NCBI GenBank assembly: GCA_964016885.1
Contig: OZ024761.1
Span: 7,378,001-7,442,000 of the forward strand
Length of the DNA stretch: 64,000 bases
Direction: 5' to 3'
Source of the DNA: Eledone cirrhosa
Taxonomy: Eukaryota
A model generated the notes under the pieces. That model was not told the origin of the DNA, did no database searches, and worked only from the letters and a program-made list of their open reading frames with translations. The position numbers were made by a program, and so were the translations under genes. Positions 1-13,617 of the stretch are shown one piece after another; within the stretch, counting starts at the first letter, position 1; every line of letters begins with the position of its first letter.

Positions 1-167
1 TTGTTTCTACGTTTGGCACAAGGCAGCAATTACCCAGTGCATTACTGGTACTTAAGCAGGAATAATGGAGTTATAGTGAGTGAAGCTATATATATGTAAA
101 ATAGTAGAACAGTGGGGGGTTATATCCGTGGTAGTAGAGCACTCAGTCCATGGGACGAGTTTGGTAG

Positions 168-266
168 AAGTAGTTCCACAAATGTTTCACCTTATGCGGA
201 TCCTCAGCTCGCATAAAGTGAAACATTTGTTCTCTGTATGGTGAACTAACTGTTGTGGAACTACTT
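168..266. mobile_element. Fold-back PLE-like terminus with degenerate hammerhead core
   Basis: Inverted arms AAGTAGTTCCACA/TGTGGAACTACTT and ACAAATGTTTCAC/GTGAAACATTTGT. The minus strand reads CTGAGGA-tccgcataaggt-GAAA-catttg-TG, a non-cleavable triplet. Next to a TA tract. Confidence 0.5.
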
Positions 267-316
<50 letters not shown>

Positions 317-1560
317 TAAATAAAAGACAGAGTTAATAACTTCTATATATGAGAGAGAGAGAATTTTAAAAAATGGTAGAATAATGGATGGATGTGCAAC
401 AAGGAAACGATCCTAGTGTTATGGAAATATGGCAGAGAGACTGGAAAGAAAATATATAATGTGGCAGAGAGAGAGAGAGAGACAGATATAAAACAGTAGC
501 TTGAGAGAGATAAGAAAGGAAGGAAGAGACGGTGTAAGGAAAGAGTGAAAAAAAAAATCATAATAAAAGGTGTAATAATAAATGTTAGATAAAGATAGCT
601 TCAAATAATAGCAGAATAAATCAAAATAATGACGAGTAAAATAAGATTTTAAAATAAATTAACGATATAAATATGGCTAATTCTGGATCGGTACGCTGTG
701 ATTGCTGACGGGCACCTTGCCAGTTAAAATGGATTTAATTAATTGGGAAAAGGAAAAAGAAGAGAAATTTGCTGTTTGTCCTCGTTTTAAAAATCATAAA
801 ATGGCCCAGCAACAACTCTGTTGTATGTAAGAAGCAGACAGGACACAACAGATGTGTGAAGGAGGACTACTTTCTTCTATATCTATAAAATGTTGTTGTT
901 TTTTTCGGTCTTGTTACAACATCGTCATTTAACAATGGCAAATCACCGCGCTAACGAAGAACTGCTAGGAATATGAAAGTGTTAAATTTTTCCTTCAAAC
1001 CGCAAACACATCGGTCCGACAACACAGAGGACATTTGTCTACAGATAATAGTTGAGAACACTGGGTAAATTATCCTTAGAGACGGGGAGAATGAACAGAG
1101 AGACTTCGCATACATAAAAGAAAAAAAAAAGACATGGCGGTCATATTTGGAACGATTTGATAATTATATCTCTGCTGGGTTCTGACATCGAGTAGCTCCC
1201 ACCTGGTTCCTTGACACGCTAAAAACAACAGCCATATCTCTCTATAGTCTTTAAAAAACAGGTGGTGGGGGAAGGACACAAATTAGATAATTTAGTCATA
1301 AATAAGCCTCCCATTCCATAGGAAGGCCACGGATGGATTGTCTTTCTTTGATCATTAAGGTCCGTGAAATCCAGACCCATGTTTGACAAAAAATAACAGT
1401 TATATATGCCTAAACTGTCCTTAAAAATTGAGGAACGACCACAAATAATCTAATCATACGTGATTGTCAGAAGTGGAAAGCCTCTAATAATTTAAGGTCC
1501 CTCAAAACTGGACCTAGGTCTAACAAAGGATGTCATCATGTTAAAAAAAAGGGGGCAATG

Positions 1561-2282
1561 TAACTAAATTATATAATTTAGGGCACTACCATGCTATCAG
1601 AAGTGAAAGTTTCGTCAACCTTCTCAATCGTAAACATCGTTTATTTCCGTATTACCACGCGTTATTTTAATAAAGCATATCGATGTAAGTGGAGTTACTT
1701 AAATGAAAATATAGGGGGCCCTTAAAAGGGCCAAATTAGAAAACAAGTCATGGTTATCAAATAAATTGGATTTAATCATTTATATTTTCATAGTCATGGT
1801 TATCAATTTCATGTATAGGGTTGGTGAAAAAAATGTGATAACCATATATTTGTTTCCTAATTTGGCCCTTTTAAGGGCCACCTATATTTTCATTTAAGTT
1901 AACTCCACTGTTGGTGAAAATGACTTGTTTTCTACATTGATAACCATGACTATGAAAATATAAATGATTAAATCCAATTTATTTGATAACTATGACTTGT
2001 TTTCTAATTTGGCCCTTAAAAGGGCCACCTATATTTTCATTTAAGTAACTCCACTTACATCGATATGCTTTATTAAAATAACTGTTTCTACTTTAGGCAC
2101 AAGGCCAGCAAATACCCAGTGCATTACTGGTACTTTATTTTATCGACCCGGTAAGGATGAAAGGCAAAGTCAACCTCGGCGGGACGCGTGGTAATACGGA
2201 AATAAACGATGTTTACGATTGAGAAGGTTGACGAAACTTTCACTTTTGACAGCTAACAGCATGGTGGTGCCTAATTTAGTTA
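1561..2282. repeat. Long inverted repeat (fold-back); right arm interrupted by a SINE
   Basis: The left arm (~1561-1807) is the reverse complement of ~1936-2081 plus 2185-2282. Confidence 0.85.
2082..2184 (-). mobile_element. 5'-truncated tRNA-derived SINE
   Basis: Matches the 3' part of the full SINE copies at 5169-5346 and 19529-19707. Confidence 0.85.
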
Positions 2283-2879
2283 TAAATATCATCCCCCGTT
2301 CCACTCGACGCGATGGTTCAGGCTGTATTGGCTTTGATAATTAAGGTCCGTCGAAACTGGACCCAAGTCTGTCCTGTGGCTAAACAAACAAGACTACCAT
2401 CATCTAACAACAATGGTGATAACATGTTCTGAAAGCAAAGCTGCTAACATTGAAAAAGGAAGTATTAAATCGTTAGCTAAAAATGTCACAACAACGCAGA
2501 CACATCATTTTAATATTCTTCCTCTAATTTGAACTAAAATCTCTACTTAACCCCACCAACCTGTCAATGTATACACACACCACCGCTACAATCATCATCA
2601 TCTTAACAGCAGCCAAATCTGTCATAAATTAAACGCACATCCCGCTTTATAAATATATCCATATTATATGGGAGGAAGCCGCCTATTGTGATCACTTTAA
2701 GTAACAATAACTGTTTGATAACGTTAAACAAACACACACTCTTCTTATTTTTTAATAGGATAATGTATGTAGGACAGCCGCTTACTGTGATCACTTTAGT
2801 ACGGAAGCATTCAGACAATAACTAGCTGATTACATTAAACAAAGTACGTTAGAAGAGAGAGGTAGATCCGGATGCAGTA

Positions 2880-3130
2880 AAGGCTCGAACATGTCAGCCG
2901 TGGTTTATAAAAGATTTAAAGATGGCGATTGTGACACATCCGACAAGCCTCGTTCGGGAAGACGACCCACTCTAAATGAGACTGTTATATCAGATCCATG
3001 TCGAAGTACCCTAGATTTAGCGCATCATTTTATCGTGTCATGTTCAACTATCCACGAACATCTCAAACAATTTCGGAAACCATGAAAAGAAGGAATTTGG
3101 GTTCCACATAAGCTTACGCTTCAGAACCGA
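2880..3130 (+). pseudogene. Mariner transposase N-terminal fragment
   Basis: Translates to YKRFKDGD..DKPRSGRRP…STIHEHLKQ…*KEGIWVPHKLT: HTH region plus a WVPHEL-like motif, with an internal stop. Confidence 0.85.
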
Positions 3131-3194
3131 ACAGGTTCCAGCACGTCATTTCCCCTCTTCTTCCGCTTCCACTTACATATCTATTTATAATATA

Positions 3195-4051
3195 CTAGCA
3201 GTAAAGCCCGGCGTTGCTCGGGGTCGCTCAGTAGCTGTATTAAAGTTACAATGTTAAGTTTCTTTCTTGGCTTAAAAACTGTAGTGTCTACTGTGCAGAC
3301 TTGCATGTGGTGTTTTTTATTAATATTCCCTCAACCAACAATATGCCTTATGAAGTTAAGAAAACATAACGATAACCCGAATGTTATAACAAAAGAGGAT
3401 GCTGGGGATAAAGACTGCACTGGTTATTTATTAACAAAGATCGAAAATGTAAACACGGCAACGCAGAGAAAAACATTAGCGTAACCAAATTATCAGTTAT
3501 GTCTGTCTGCACGACTGTCTGTCTGCACGCCTATATCACCTCTCTGCACGACTGTCTGTCTGCACGCCTATATCACCTCTCTGCACGACTATCTGTCTGC
3601 ACGCCTAACGAAATTTACAGATACATATATTTTATATAAACTTATATAATTTTTGCTTTTTTTTACGAAATATTTGCTTGTTTTAAGTAGTTTTTAAATA
3701 GACTTGTTTTCAAGTAAAAATATTGTTTTAAAAGGCTTGTTTTACGTAGTCTTTAAATCGTGTATTGTGTTAATGTCATTTTAAACGCTGAGAAAGCCAG
3801 CGTAATTTTTTTAATTTTTGCACGCAGACGCTCAATGTAAACAGAACAAAGGGAAATAACTGATCACTTACGCTAAAAAATCGATACATTATATTCGATT
3901 TCGTCACATAGGGTGGGTCAATTTGAAATTTTTTTTTTCCCGATGTCTTCGCTAGGGCTCAATGTACAAGTATAGCAACTTCGGTGCAATTCCGTGAGAG
4001 ATTCTAAGAGGAGATGTGTGCCAAAAATAGATAGACAGACAGACAACCACA

Positions 4052-4087
<36 letters not shown>
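3195..4087 (-). mobile_element. Non-autonomous Helitron-like element
   Basis: On the minus strand it starts TC(TA)n…GTCTGTCTGTCT and ends with hairpin CCCGAGCAACGCCGGG followed by CTAG, between host A and T. Internal ~38-bp tandem repeats at 3500-3606. Confidence 0.75.
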
Positions 4088-4308
4088 TAAATAAATTCAT
4101 ATACATATATTACATATATTAAAAGAAAACCCTGTGTCCATCCCTTTATCCACAAATGTTTTGCACCATCACCCACTTCGATCCTTTACAAGACAAAACA
4201 ATAGGTAGAATCACCATTATTAGTGGTTATTCCACATTACTTCCATAACTCCCTTCCATACAAAAAGAAAAAAAATTAATTAATTAAAATTTCGCTTAAA
4301 AAAATGTT

Positions 4309-4410
4309 GAGAGCATCTGGATTCTATAAAAAGAGAAAAGAAGAATAAACAGTTATATTATATATATATAACCGTTTCTTTTTTTCTTTTTATAGAATTC
4401 AGTTGCTCTC
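4309..4410. repeat. Short imperfect fold-back hairpin
   Basis: GAGAGCATCTGGATTCTATAAAAAGA pairs with TCTTTTTATAGAATTCAGTTGCTCTC. Confidence 0.7.
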
Positions 4411-4526
4411 TACGGAAATTGAACTCCGTTCTTATTTCAAACAACCACGACACACACATATATATATATGTATGCATGTACGTTGATATTAAATAAATGG
4501 AAACTATATTTATAAAACCATATTTA

Positions 4527-4586
4527 TTCTATTATATATATTTCAAGGGTACCAACATTTTGGTACGCTATCATCAGATAAAATAC
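4527..4586 (-). ncRNA. Minimal type I hammerhead ribozyme motif (PLE terminus)
   Basis: Minus strand: tattttat-CTGATGA-tagcgtaccaa(aatg)ttggtaccctt-GAAA-t(atat)a-TA/atagaata. Stem I about 8 bp, triplet AUA. Confidence 0.65.
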
Positions 4587-4990
4587 GAAGTGTGTTTTAT
4601 AAATGTTGACATAACCAAGGAGAATATACCTTAACGGTTCAAGTTATCCTTGGATTGTATGTATGTATATGTATGTGTGTGTGTGTATCTGTGTAAACAA
4701 AGATTGGAACAGCAAGGGTTAGTGTGACGTCAGAGAATTCCAACCCCTACCTCACACATTCACAATATATATATGCATAATATATATATATATATGCATG
4801 GATATATATACACAGTTCAAGAGTAACCAATCTTAAAAAGAGAGATGGAGATAGGAGAGGAGATATGAGAGGAGAGATTGGTGAATTAGTTAGAAGCCAA
4901 AGCGCAAAGGCATGTGCTCAATGTGTAATATGCAGTAGAAAGCAGCTAGGTGGCTGGGTTCATGCAGAAGTCAGGCGCGCAGAGCTGGAA

Positions 4991-5502
4991 ATATTCATTA
5001 GTTAAGTAAAACAAGACCACAAATTTCACAAGGAAGACATTATTAAAAGATTGTCAACATATTTTAGTTCAATGTAAGGAATGTTAATAATATGTTAATT
5101 ATTTTCAACTGAACCAGATCAATTATGATATATAGTCATCTGATCCAGAAATATTATATGGAGTAGCGGTGAATTGGCAGTATCGGTAGAGGGTAGGATA
5201 TGCTTTCCAGCATAGTTACGTCCCTTTACGATCTGAGTTCAATTCCCGCCGAGGTTTACTTTGCTTTTCATCCTTACGGGGTCGATAAAATAAAGTACCA
5301 GTAATGTACTGGGATAATTGCTGGCCTTGTGCCAAAAGTAGAAACAATTATATGGAGTAGCGAAACAATTGTAAACGGTCATTATTGTTATTAATATTAT
5401 TATTCTCTACATTCCTTACATCAAACTAAAATATGTTGACAATATTTTAATAATGTCTTCCTTGTGAAATTTGTGGTCTTGTTTTACTTAACTAATGAAT
5501 AT
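4991..5502. mobile_element. Fold-back PLE-like remnant with a SINE inserted in the loop
   Basis: ~90-bp inverted arms (4991-5083, 5408-5502). The loop keeps a hammerhead 3' half, GAAA-c(aatt)g-TA, at 5362-5373. Confidence 0.65.
5169..5346 (+). mobile_element. Near full-length tRNA-derived SINE with 16-bp TSD
   Basis: A-box-like TGGCAGTATCGG and B-box-like GAGTTCAATTCC. TSD ATTATATGGAGTAGCG at 5153-5168 and 5347-5362. Confidence 0.9.
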
Positions 5503-5704
5503 ATATATGATTCGACGGCTTGAGCTGGACTCCTTACCACGACTCCTTCGTTATATATTATATATATATATATATATGCATCTGTATATATATATATGCA
5601 TGGATATATGCATATGCATATATATATATATATTATGCATATATATATATATGCATATATATTATGCATATATATATATATATGCATATACATATATATT
5701 ATGC

Positions 5705-5895
5705 AATGAAATCATATCCGCTCTCTTGCTCTGGAACACTGACTCCAGCCTGACTAGGAGTAGGAAGCTGTCATTCCCTGACGTTATCTCTAGGGATACG
5801 GGAATCAGCAGACAGGACCTGGGGGCAGCGGATTCTGGGGCATGAGAGTGAGATCCATCATCTCGACAGTAGTCGACGAATGATGATGTGATGAT
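5705..5895 (+). mobile_element. 3' tip of an RTE-like LINE
   Basis: LLLWNTD…SFPDVISRDTGI..QDL resembles the C-terminus at 60107-60345 and ends in a (TGA)n tail. Confidence 0.55.
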
Positions 5896-6385
5896 ATATT
5901 ATGCATATGCATATATATATATGCATTTATTATTACGTAATGCACTGGGGGGAATTGCTGGCTTTGTGCCTAAAGTAGAAACAATTGTTATTACTATATA
6001 TATATATGATATATATTTCCACGGTTACTCATTTGCATGTTCCTTTCTCCTGTTTATCTTTTTTTTCTCCTATTTTTTTCTCCCTTTTCCCCTTCTCTCT
6101 TTCTTCCTCTCTCCTCATCATTTCCCCCCCTCTGTTCTTCCTATTTTTCCTTTTTTTTCTCTCCTTTCTCTCACATTTTCCTCCTAGCCTTTTGATTAAT
6201 AAAAGGCCTTGGGCGCTCCCGATCTCTACAGATGTCCTGTAATTCAGCACCAAAACATCTGATCGGGATATTTACAGATGACGAAGGATTCTCCTTTCTT
6301 CTTTTCTCCTCTTGTTCCGTCCTAACCACCTTGTTTTTAGTAACCACACAGCTCCCTTCGTTTTGTATCATTTTATATATATATA

Positions 6386-8580
6386 TCATCATCATTTTAC
6401 GTCCGCTTTTCCCTGCTTTCAAGGGTTGGACGGGTCCTATTCAGCACAGCATCTCTCCACTTGTCACGGTTATTCGTGATCTCCTCGGTGAGTTTCAGCG
6501 ATCTGAGGTCTGCTCTCACCACCTCCGCCCATGTGTTTCGTGGTCTACCTCTACTGCGTCCTCCCTCCACTGGGACTTCCTGGCACTTCTTCACCCAGCG
6601 GTCATCCCCCATGCACATCATGCGTCCATACCATCTCAGCCTTCTCTCCTGCACACCACAACTTATCCTTCTTATACCCAGTCTCTTTCTCAACTCGTCT
6701 ATGCTTGGTCGTTCACGCACATCCAACGGAGCATACTTACTTCATTTCTCTCCAACCGTCGCATATCTTCTGCAATTGCTGCCCATGTCTCGCTACCATG
6801 CAACATCGCGCATCTCACACAGGCATCATATAACCGTCCTTTCGTAAGCAGGGAGAAACCCTTCTTTGTCAACAGAGGAAGCAGCTCCTTAAACTTCTTC
6901 CAACCTGTCCTTATTCTAGATACTATGGCCTCGGAACCCCCCCATGCTAATCTGATCACCTAGGTATCGGAAGCTATCAACCACTTCTATAGAACCCACC
7001 TGCATTGGAAAAATGAGTCTATCACTGCGATTACTACTGCCAACTTTCCCTGTAGATCTACTGCATACATAGTTTTCCCTATCTGTTAGTTTGCCTGCTA
7101 TTCCACTACATCTCTTGTGTACCCAAGATCTGTATTGCGTACATTTTATGGAATTTATGCCAGTTCCTTTCCTACGTATCGAACATGGCCATTTCCCTGA
7201 TGGAATCAGAGTATTGTCCTCTCTTCTACTTATCAACACTTTTATTTTAGCTATGTTCACTCTCAGGCCTCTTGATTCCAACTGCTGTTTCCATAGCCAG
7301 AATTTATTCTCTAGCTCCTCTACTGATTCTGCTATAAGAACCAGATCATCAGCATAGAGAAGTTCCTATGGGCATCCAGTCTTAAACTCCTCTGTTATGG
7401 CTTGGAGGACAATAATGAACAAGAGTGGGCTGAGGACTGAACCTTGATGTACACCTACTTGTATCTGGAATTCCTCACTAAACTCCATTCCTATTCTCAC
7501 TTTACTGACAGCACCCCCTGTACATAGCTTGACTGTCTGCACAAGCCATTCCTCTACACCTAGTTTCCTTAGGGACCACCAGATGACAGATCGGGATACT
7601 CTATCAAAGACCTTTTCTAGGTCAACAAAAGCTAAGTATAGTGGTTTATTCTTCTCTAAGAACCTCTCTTGTAGTTGCCTCATAAGAGGGCATCTGTTGT
7701 ACTTTTCCCAGCACAAAACCAAACTACATCTCATCTAAATTGACCCTTTCTCTAATCAGTTGCGCTAATATTCTCTCTGCCACTTTTATAACCTGATCCA
7801 TCAGCTTTATGCCACTATAATTGCTCCTCTCTAGAGCATCCTCTTTACCTTTGTAGCAATTTATGAGAATACTGCTTCACTTGTCTTTGGGTATTACACC
7901 GCCATATATAGCTTGATTAATGATGCATGCAACTACTTTAGTGCCTACTTCTCCTGATGCCTTCAGCATCTCAGCAACTATCCCCGACGGTCCAGCAGCC
8001 TTACCATTCTTCATTTCCTTAATTGCCTCTTGCACCCTACATTCGTCAATCTCAATAGCTGGTCCCTCTGTCGGGTCTACTGGGGGTAATTCCTCTCTGT
8101 CCCATTTATTCTCTACATTCATCAGTCTCTCATAATGACATTTCCAGGTCTTCTTCTTTTTATCATTTGTGACACTAAGTACACCGGCATCATTCCGGAC
8201 ACACTTATCTCCAACAACATCCTGATTTGCAATGACACACTGCCTTGCAATGTGGAACACCGCACGTCTCTGAACTTCCCGTTGCAGAACATTGGCAAAC
8301 CTCCAACTCTCAGCCTCCGTATGTGCTAAGTACACCTGACGTCTAGCTTCTCTTTTAGTGGCTGTGTATCCGTCTCTACTCCCACCATTTTTCCAAGCTT
8401 TCCATGCCAGTCTTTTGTCTCTAATGGCCCTATCTACCGTGCTGTTCCACCACCAGGTCACTCTCTGTCTGGTTGAAGCTCTGCCCCAACCACAAGTTTC
8501 TTCAGTAGACTGCAGTAAGTTGTCATGCAAGAAATTCCAGTTATCATCTTTGTCATACAACTCTAAATCATCTTCAGAGA
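6386..8580 (-). mobile_element. RTE-clade LINE, 5'-truncated, degraded ORF2
   Basis: RT motifs AFVDLEKVFDRV, GVHQGSVLSPLLF and YADDL, then GSETW and RRLRWYG; (GAT)n tail at 6386; stops and frameshifts. Confidence 0.95.
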
Positions 8581-8612
8581 TATGCATATATATATATACA
8601 TTATATATATAC

Positions 8613-8645
<33 letters not shown>

Positions 8646-8821
8646 CATATATATATACATATATACATATATATATACATATATATATACATATATATAT
8701 ATATACATATATATATACATATATATATACATATATATATACATATATATATATATATGCATATATATATACATATATATATACATACATATATATACAT
8801 ATATATATGTATGTATATATA

Positions 8822-8897
8822 TCTGTTGAGTGCTTTATATCAGTTATAAAAATGTTTAAGCTTGTTGAATCCCAACAAATTAAATATCACCTCTGCA
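8822..8897 (+). mobile_element. Ultra-short 3' terminus of the same element family as 59405-59500
   Basis: GAGTGCTTTATATCAGTTATAAAAAT…TCCCAACAA…TGCATAT closely matches 59430-59500. TA tracts flank both sides. Confidence 0.65.
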
Positions 8898-8911
8898 TAT
8901 ATATATATATA

Positions 8912-9345
8912 CTAGCAGAGGTACCCGGCGTTGCTCGGGTATTAAATAGTAGTTGTGTATACCATTTATGACAATACTACAGTGCTGCTTCGAAAACTAT
9001 ACTTTTAGAAAATCATCAGCTTCTTCCAAAAGGGGTTCCTGCTCCCAGGGGTCCCCTACTCAATATGTGCCAATTCTGAGAGTTCACAGTCATCTGTAGG
9101 ACGAACGTAGCCCATGTGTCAAGTTTTGTGAAAATCGGTTGCGAACTCCAGAAGTTATGACGTTTTGTTGCATTGCACTGCAGTTCTTCAGTCGACTCCA
9201 AGGAAGTGGTTAAAGGTGGTTATCTGCCGGGAGGCCCTATAATCAATATGTGGAAAAATGAAAGTGCCCACGACCATCCAGAGTACATAAGTAACCTATG
9301 TCTTAAGTTTGGTGAAAATACTGTAGAAATGCATAAGGTTTATAC
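8912..9345 (-). mobile_element. Helitron-like non-autonomous element (3' part)
   Basis: Has the same CCCGAGCAACGCCGGG hairpin plus CTAG end as the 3195 element. A matching 5'-type end (GACAACATCACTTTTATAT) lies at ~10620-10780. Confidence 0.6.
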
Positions 9346-9429
9346 ATACACGCGCGTGTGTGTGTTTGTGGGTGTGTATGTATTTGTGTGTGCGTATGTA
9401 TGTGTATGTCCGTCGGGGCATACGTATGT

Positions 9430-9830
9430 ACTGGCCTAAATCTTCACTATTTACTTTTACTACTTTAATAACCTCTGTCATTTTCGTTTTCAATCTTATT
9501 TACATCATTCTTAAACTCCGGGGCTGGAAATCTTTCTGTTATTTTAAATAAAATATTAGTCTAACGACTCCATTTATACCATAAACTTGGTCTTGTCTTC
9601 GCCTGAAATTGTTCTTCTCGGTCCACATAACAACGTATTATCCTCGTTTTTTTTCCATTCATTGCCAGGGAACGTCTTCACGAACCAAAATATCGTCTCC
9701 CTGTTTTCCTTCGGTGGCAACGTTTCTCAAAATATTTACTTCTGCGTTCACAGATTGAATTTATTAGTTTCAGAAGATCCCGTTAATGTTGAAAGCAGCG
9801 ATTCTTTGCTTAAACTTTATTCTGTCCCTA
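9430..9830 (-). mobile_element. Possible heavily degraded mariner fragment
   Basis: Weak resemblance to the mariner GDEKW and 'WVD…P' region on the minus strand; no clean frame. Confidence 0.3.
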
Positions 9831-10134
9831 TAACATATATATATATATATATAAATATATATATATAAAGAGAGAGAGAGATGCTTTGTACGGCTTCTGG
9901 AGGAAGGAGTGACCAGCAGTACGTTGTTCGGTATTATTACAAAAAGGTGTAGCAGAGAATCCTGCGTGAACTAACAGCTCGGGAGGAAACTGCTTACCTT
10001 GAAGATTCATTCGCCATCGTTTAGTAGGTATCTGTTGGTCTACGGTTAGATGAATGGTGCACAAAGGGTTAATGTTTATTGGCAAGAAGTTTTTTGAATA
10101 ATAAAAATTTTTGAATAATAAAAGTGACCTAGAA

Positions 10135-11215
<1,081 letters not shown>

Positions 11216-12328
11216 AGTAGACGAGAAAACAGAACCCAGATTCCCTCAGGGAAATGGCCTTGCTCAGTATGTAGGAAAGGTGTAGGTAGGAACTCCATTC
11301 TCTGCCCCAAATGCAAACAATGGGTACACAAGAGATGTAGTGGGATCTCAGGAAGCTTAATTAAGAATGTAGGCTTCACATGCAGCAGCTGTGCTGGGAC
11401 AGCAAGCAGTAAACAGCCACAGGAAACAAGTACCACCAATCTCTGGGAGGGCCCTGTAGAAACAGTAGACAGCTTCTGCTACCTAGGTGACCGAATTAGC
11501 AACAGAGGTGGGAATTCTGAAGGTACAGTAGCCAGGGTAAAAACGCGATGGAAGAAGTTTAGGGAACTACTGCCACTGCTAGCTGCAAAAGGCTTCTCCC
11601 TCAGAATGAAAGGCAGACTGTATGATGCGTGTATCCGAACAGCAATGTTGCATGGTAGTGAGACCTGGACGCTGAAGGTGGAAGACTTACGTAGATTAGA
11701 GAGAAACGAAGCCTGCATGCTCCGATGGATGTGTAACAGTAATATACATGAACGACAAAGCATAAATAAATTGAGAGAGAGAGACTGAGCATAAGAGGAA
11801 TCAAATGCTGTGTGCAGGAGAGGCGGTTGCGCTGGTATGAACATGTGATGCGTATGAAGGATGACAGCTGCATAAAAAGGTGCAGAGCACTAGAAGTCGA
11901 TGGAAACCGCGGAGTGGGGAGACCCAAGATGACCTGGGATGAGGTGATAAAAGCCGACCTTACCCAATTACACCTCTCAAAGGCAGTAATACAGAGTACC
12001 CGACCTCCAATGGGTACAAGCTGAAGCATATAGACAATATGCCCCCACACCCCCACCGCAAGGTGGTCGTGGAGGTGCCACGGCAAAAAAGCACCCAGCC
12101 CACACTGTAAAGTGGACGTGTAGGCGCCACGAAAAAGCACCCAGCACTCACTGTAAATGAGGTTGGTGTTAGGAAGGGCATCCAGCTGTAGAAATCAAGC
12201 CAAATCAGTTCCTGTATGAGCAAGGCATGGTCAGCCGACCAGACACTGCCCACAACAGGACAACCCGTCTAACCCATGCTAGCGTGGAAGAACGGACGTA
12301 AAACGGTGATGATGATGATGATGATGAT
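11216..12328 (+). mobile_element. RTE-clade LINE 3' fragment
   Basis: [48 protein letters not shown]; 3' UTR and (GAT)n tail. Confidence 0.95.
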
Positions 12329-12332
12329 ATAC

Positions 12333-12379
<47 letters not shown>

Positions 12380-12853
12380 CATATATATACATGTATATAT
12401 ATACATATATATACATATATATATACATATATATACATGTATATATACATATATATACATATATATATATACATATATATACATATATATATATACATAT
12501 ATATATATATACATATATATACATATATATACATATATATATACATATATATATATACATATATATATATACATATATATATATATACACATATATATAT
12601 ATACACATATATATATACACATATATATAAACACATATATATATATACACATATATATATACACATATATATATATACATATATATATATACATATATAT
12701 ATATATACATATATATATATACATATATATATATACATATATATATAGTTTCGTTGACAAATATAATAATGTGCCCAGACATTGCCCTTGGTATGACAGT
12801 GTGGTTTTAGCTCAATGTAGGATAGCTGGTATACTACAGAGCCGTTATAGTTA

Positions 12854-13132
12854 TAGGAATAACCAAAGAGTGCTTAGAAATACATTGTTTTATTAACTAA
12901 CAGTGTTTCATCCATACCTAAGGCAGGAATCATCAGAGCCCATAAACAAGAGTATATCAATAATTGCATGCTCCATCAAGCTGCGTCACCAGAACAAGGT
13001 TAAGGGGCCAGCAGGGGGAGGGGGGGGTCCCGAGGCCAGCGCTAAATAGAAACAGACACCTGCATTAGGGTACGGATGAAAAACTGTTAGCTAATAAAAC
13101 AGTGTATTTCTAAGCACCTTTTGGTTATTCCT
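12854..13132. mobile_element. Fold-back PLE-like terminus between TA tracts
   Basis: ~75-bp inverted arms at 12854-12927 and 13058-13132. Confidence 0.75.
12895..12941 (-). ncRNA. Minimal hammerhead ribozyme motif
   Basis: Minus strand: ggct-CTGATGA-ttcctgcc(tta)ggtatggat-GAAA-c(act)g-TT/agtt. Triplet GUU. Confidence 0.6.
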
Positions 13133-13138
13133 AAACCT

Positions 13139-13179
<41 letters not shown>

Positions 13180-13275
13180 GGTTAAACAAGGTTCAATGAA
13201 TAAATCAAAGAATTAGTTTTACTCAACAGCAAAAAAGGCTTTTCCAGAGTTATTAATATTCATTCAAAATATTAA

Positions 13276-13575
13276 CAAAGTTCTTTCGTCACACATTTTG
13301 TGACCTTTTCAGTGACTGGGGATTCTTTTCTTTGTTTTTGTGCCTCGGCGTAGGACAGAAGAAAGGAGAGGCACAAAAACAAAGAAAAGAATCCCCAGTC
13401 ATTGAAGAGGTCACAGAATGTGTGACGAAATAACTTTGACAATATATGAACAACCGTCCAGTTGTGGAACCAACCAACCGGAAATTTATAATTTATAAAT
13501 TTAATTTATAATAAATTGGAGTGAAAGCAACTGGTGCGTGTGTTTCTTATTGGCAACATGACCCTCCCAAAGCAT
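13276..13575 (+). mobile_element. Fold-back PLE-like terminus with paired degenerate hammerheads
   Basis: ~70-bp hairpin arms within 13276-13438. gtca-TTGAAGA-g-gtcaca(gaatg)tgtgac-GAAA…tgac at 13398-13440. The downstream tail is homologous to 57840-57990. Confidence 0.7.
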
Positions 13576-13579
13576 AAAA

Positions 13580-13583
13580 ATAT

Positions 13584-13617
<34 letters not shown>

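Noticed and set aside
5169-5250. tRNA gene
   Set aside because: The A/B boxes belong to a multi-copy SINE with TSDs; no complete cloverleaf was seen.
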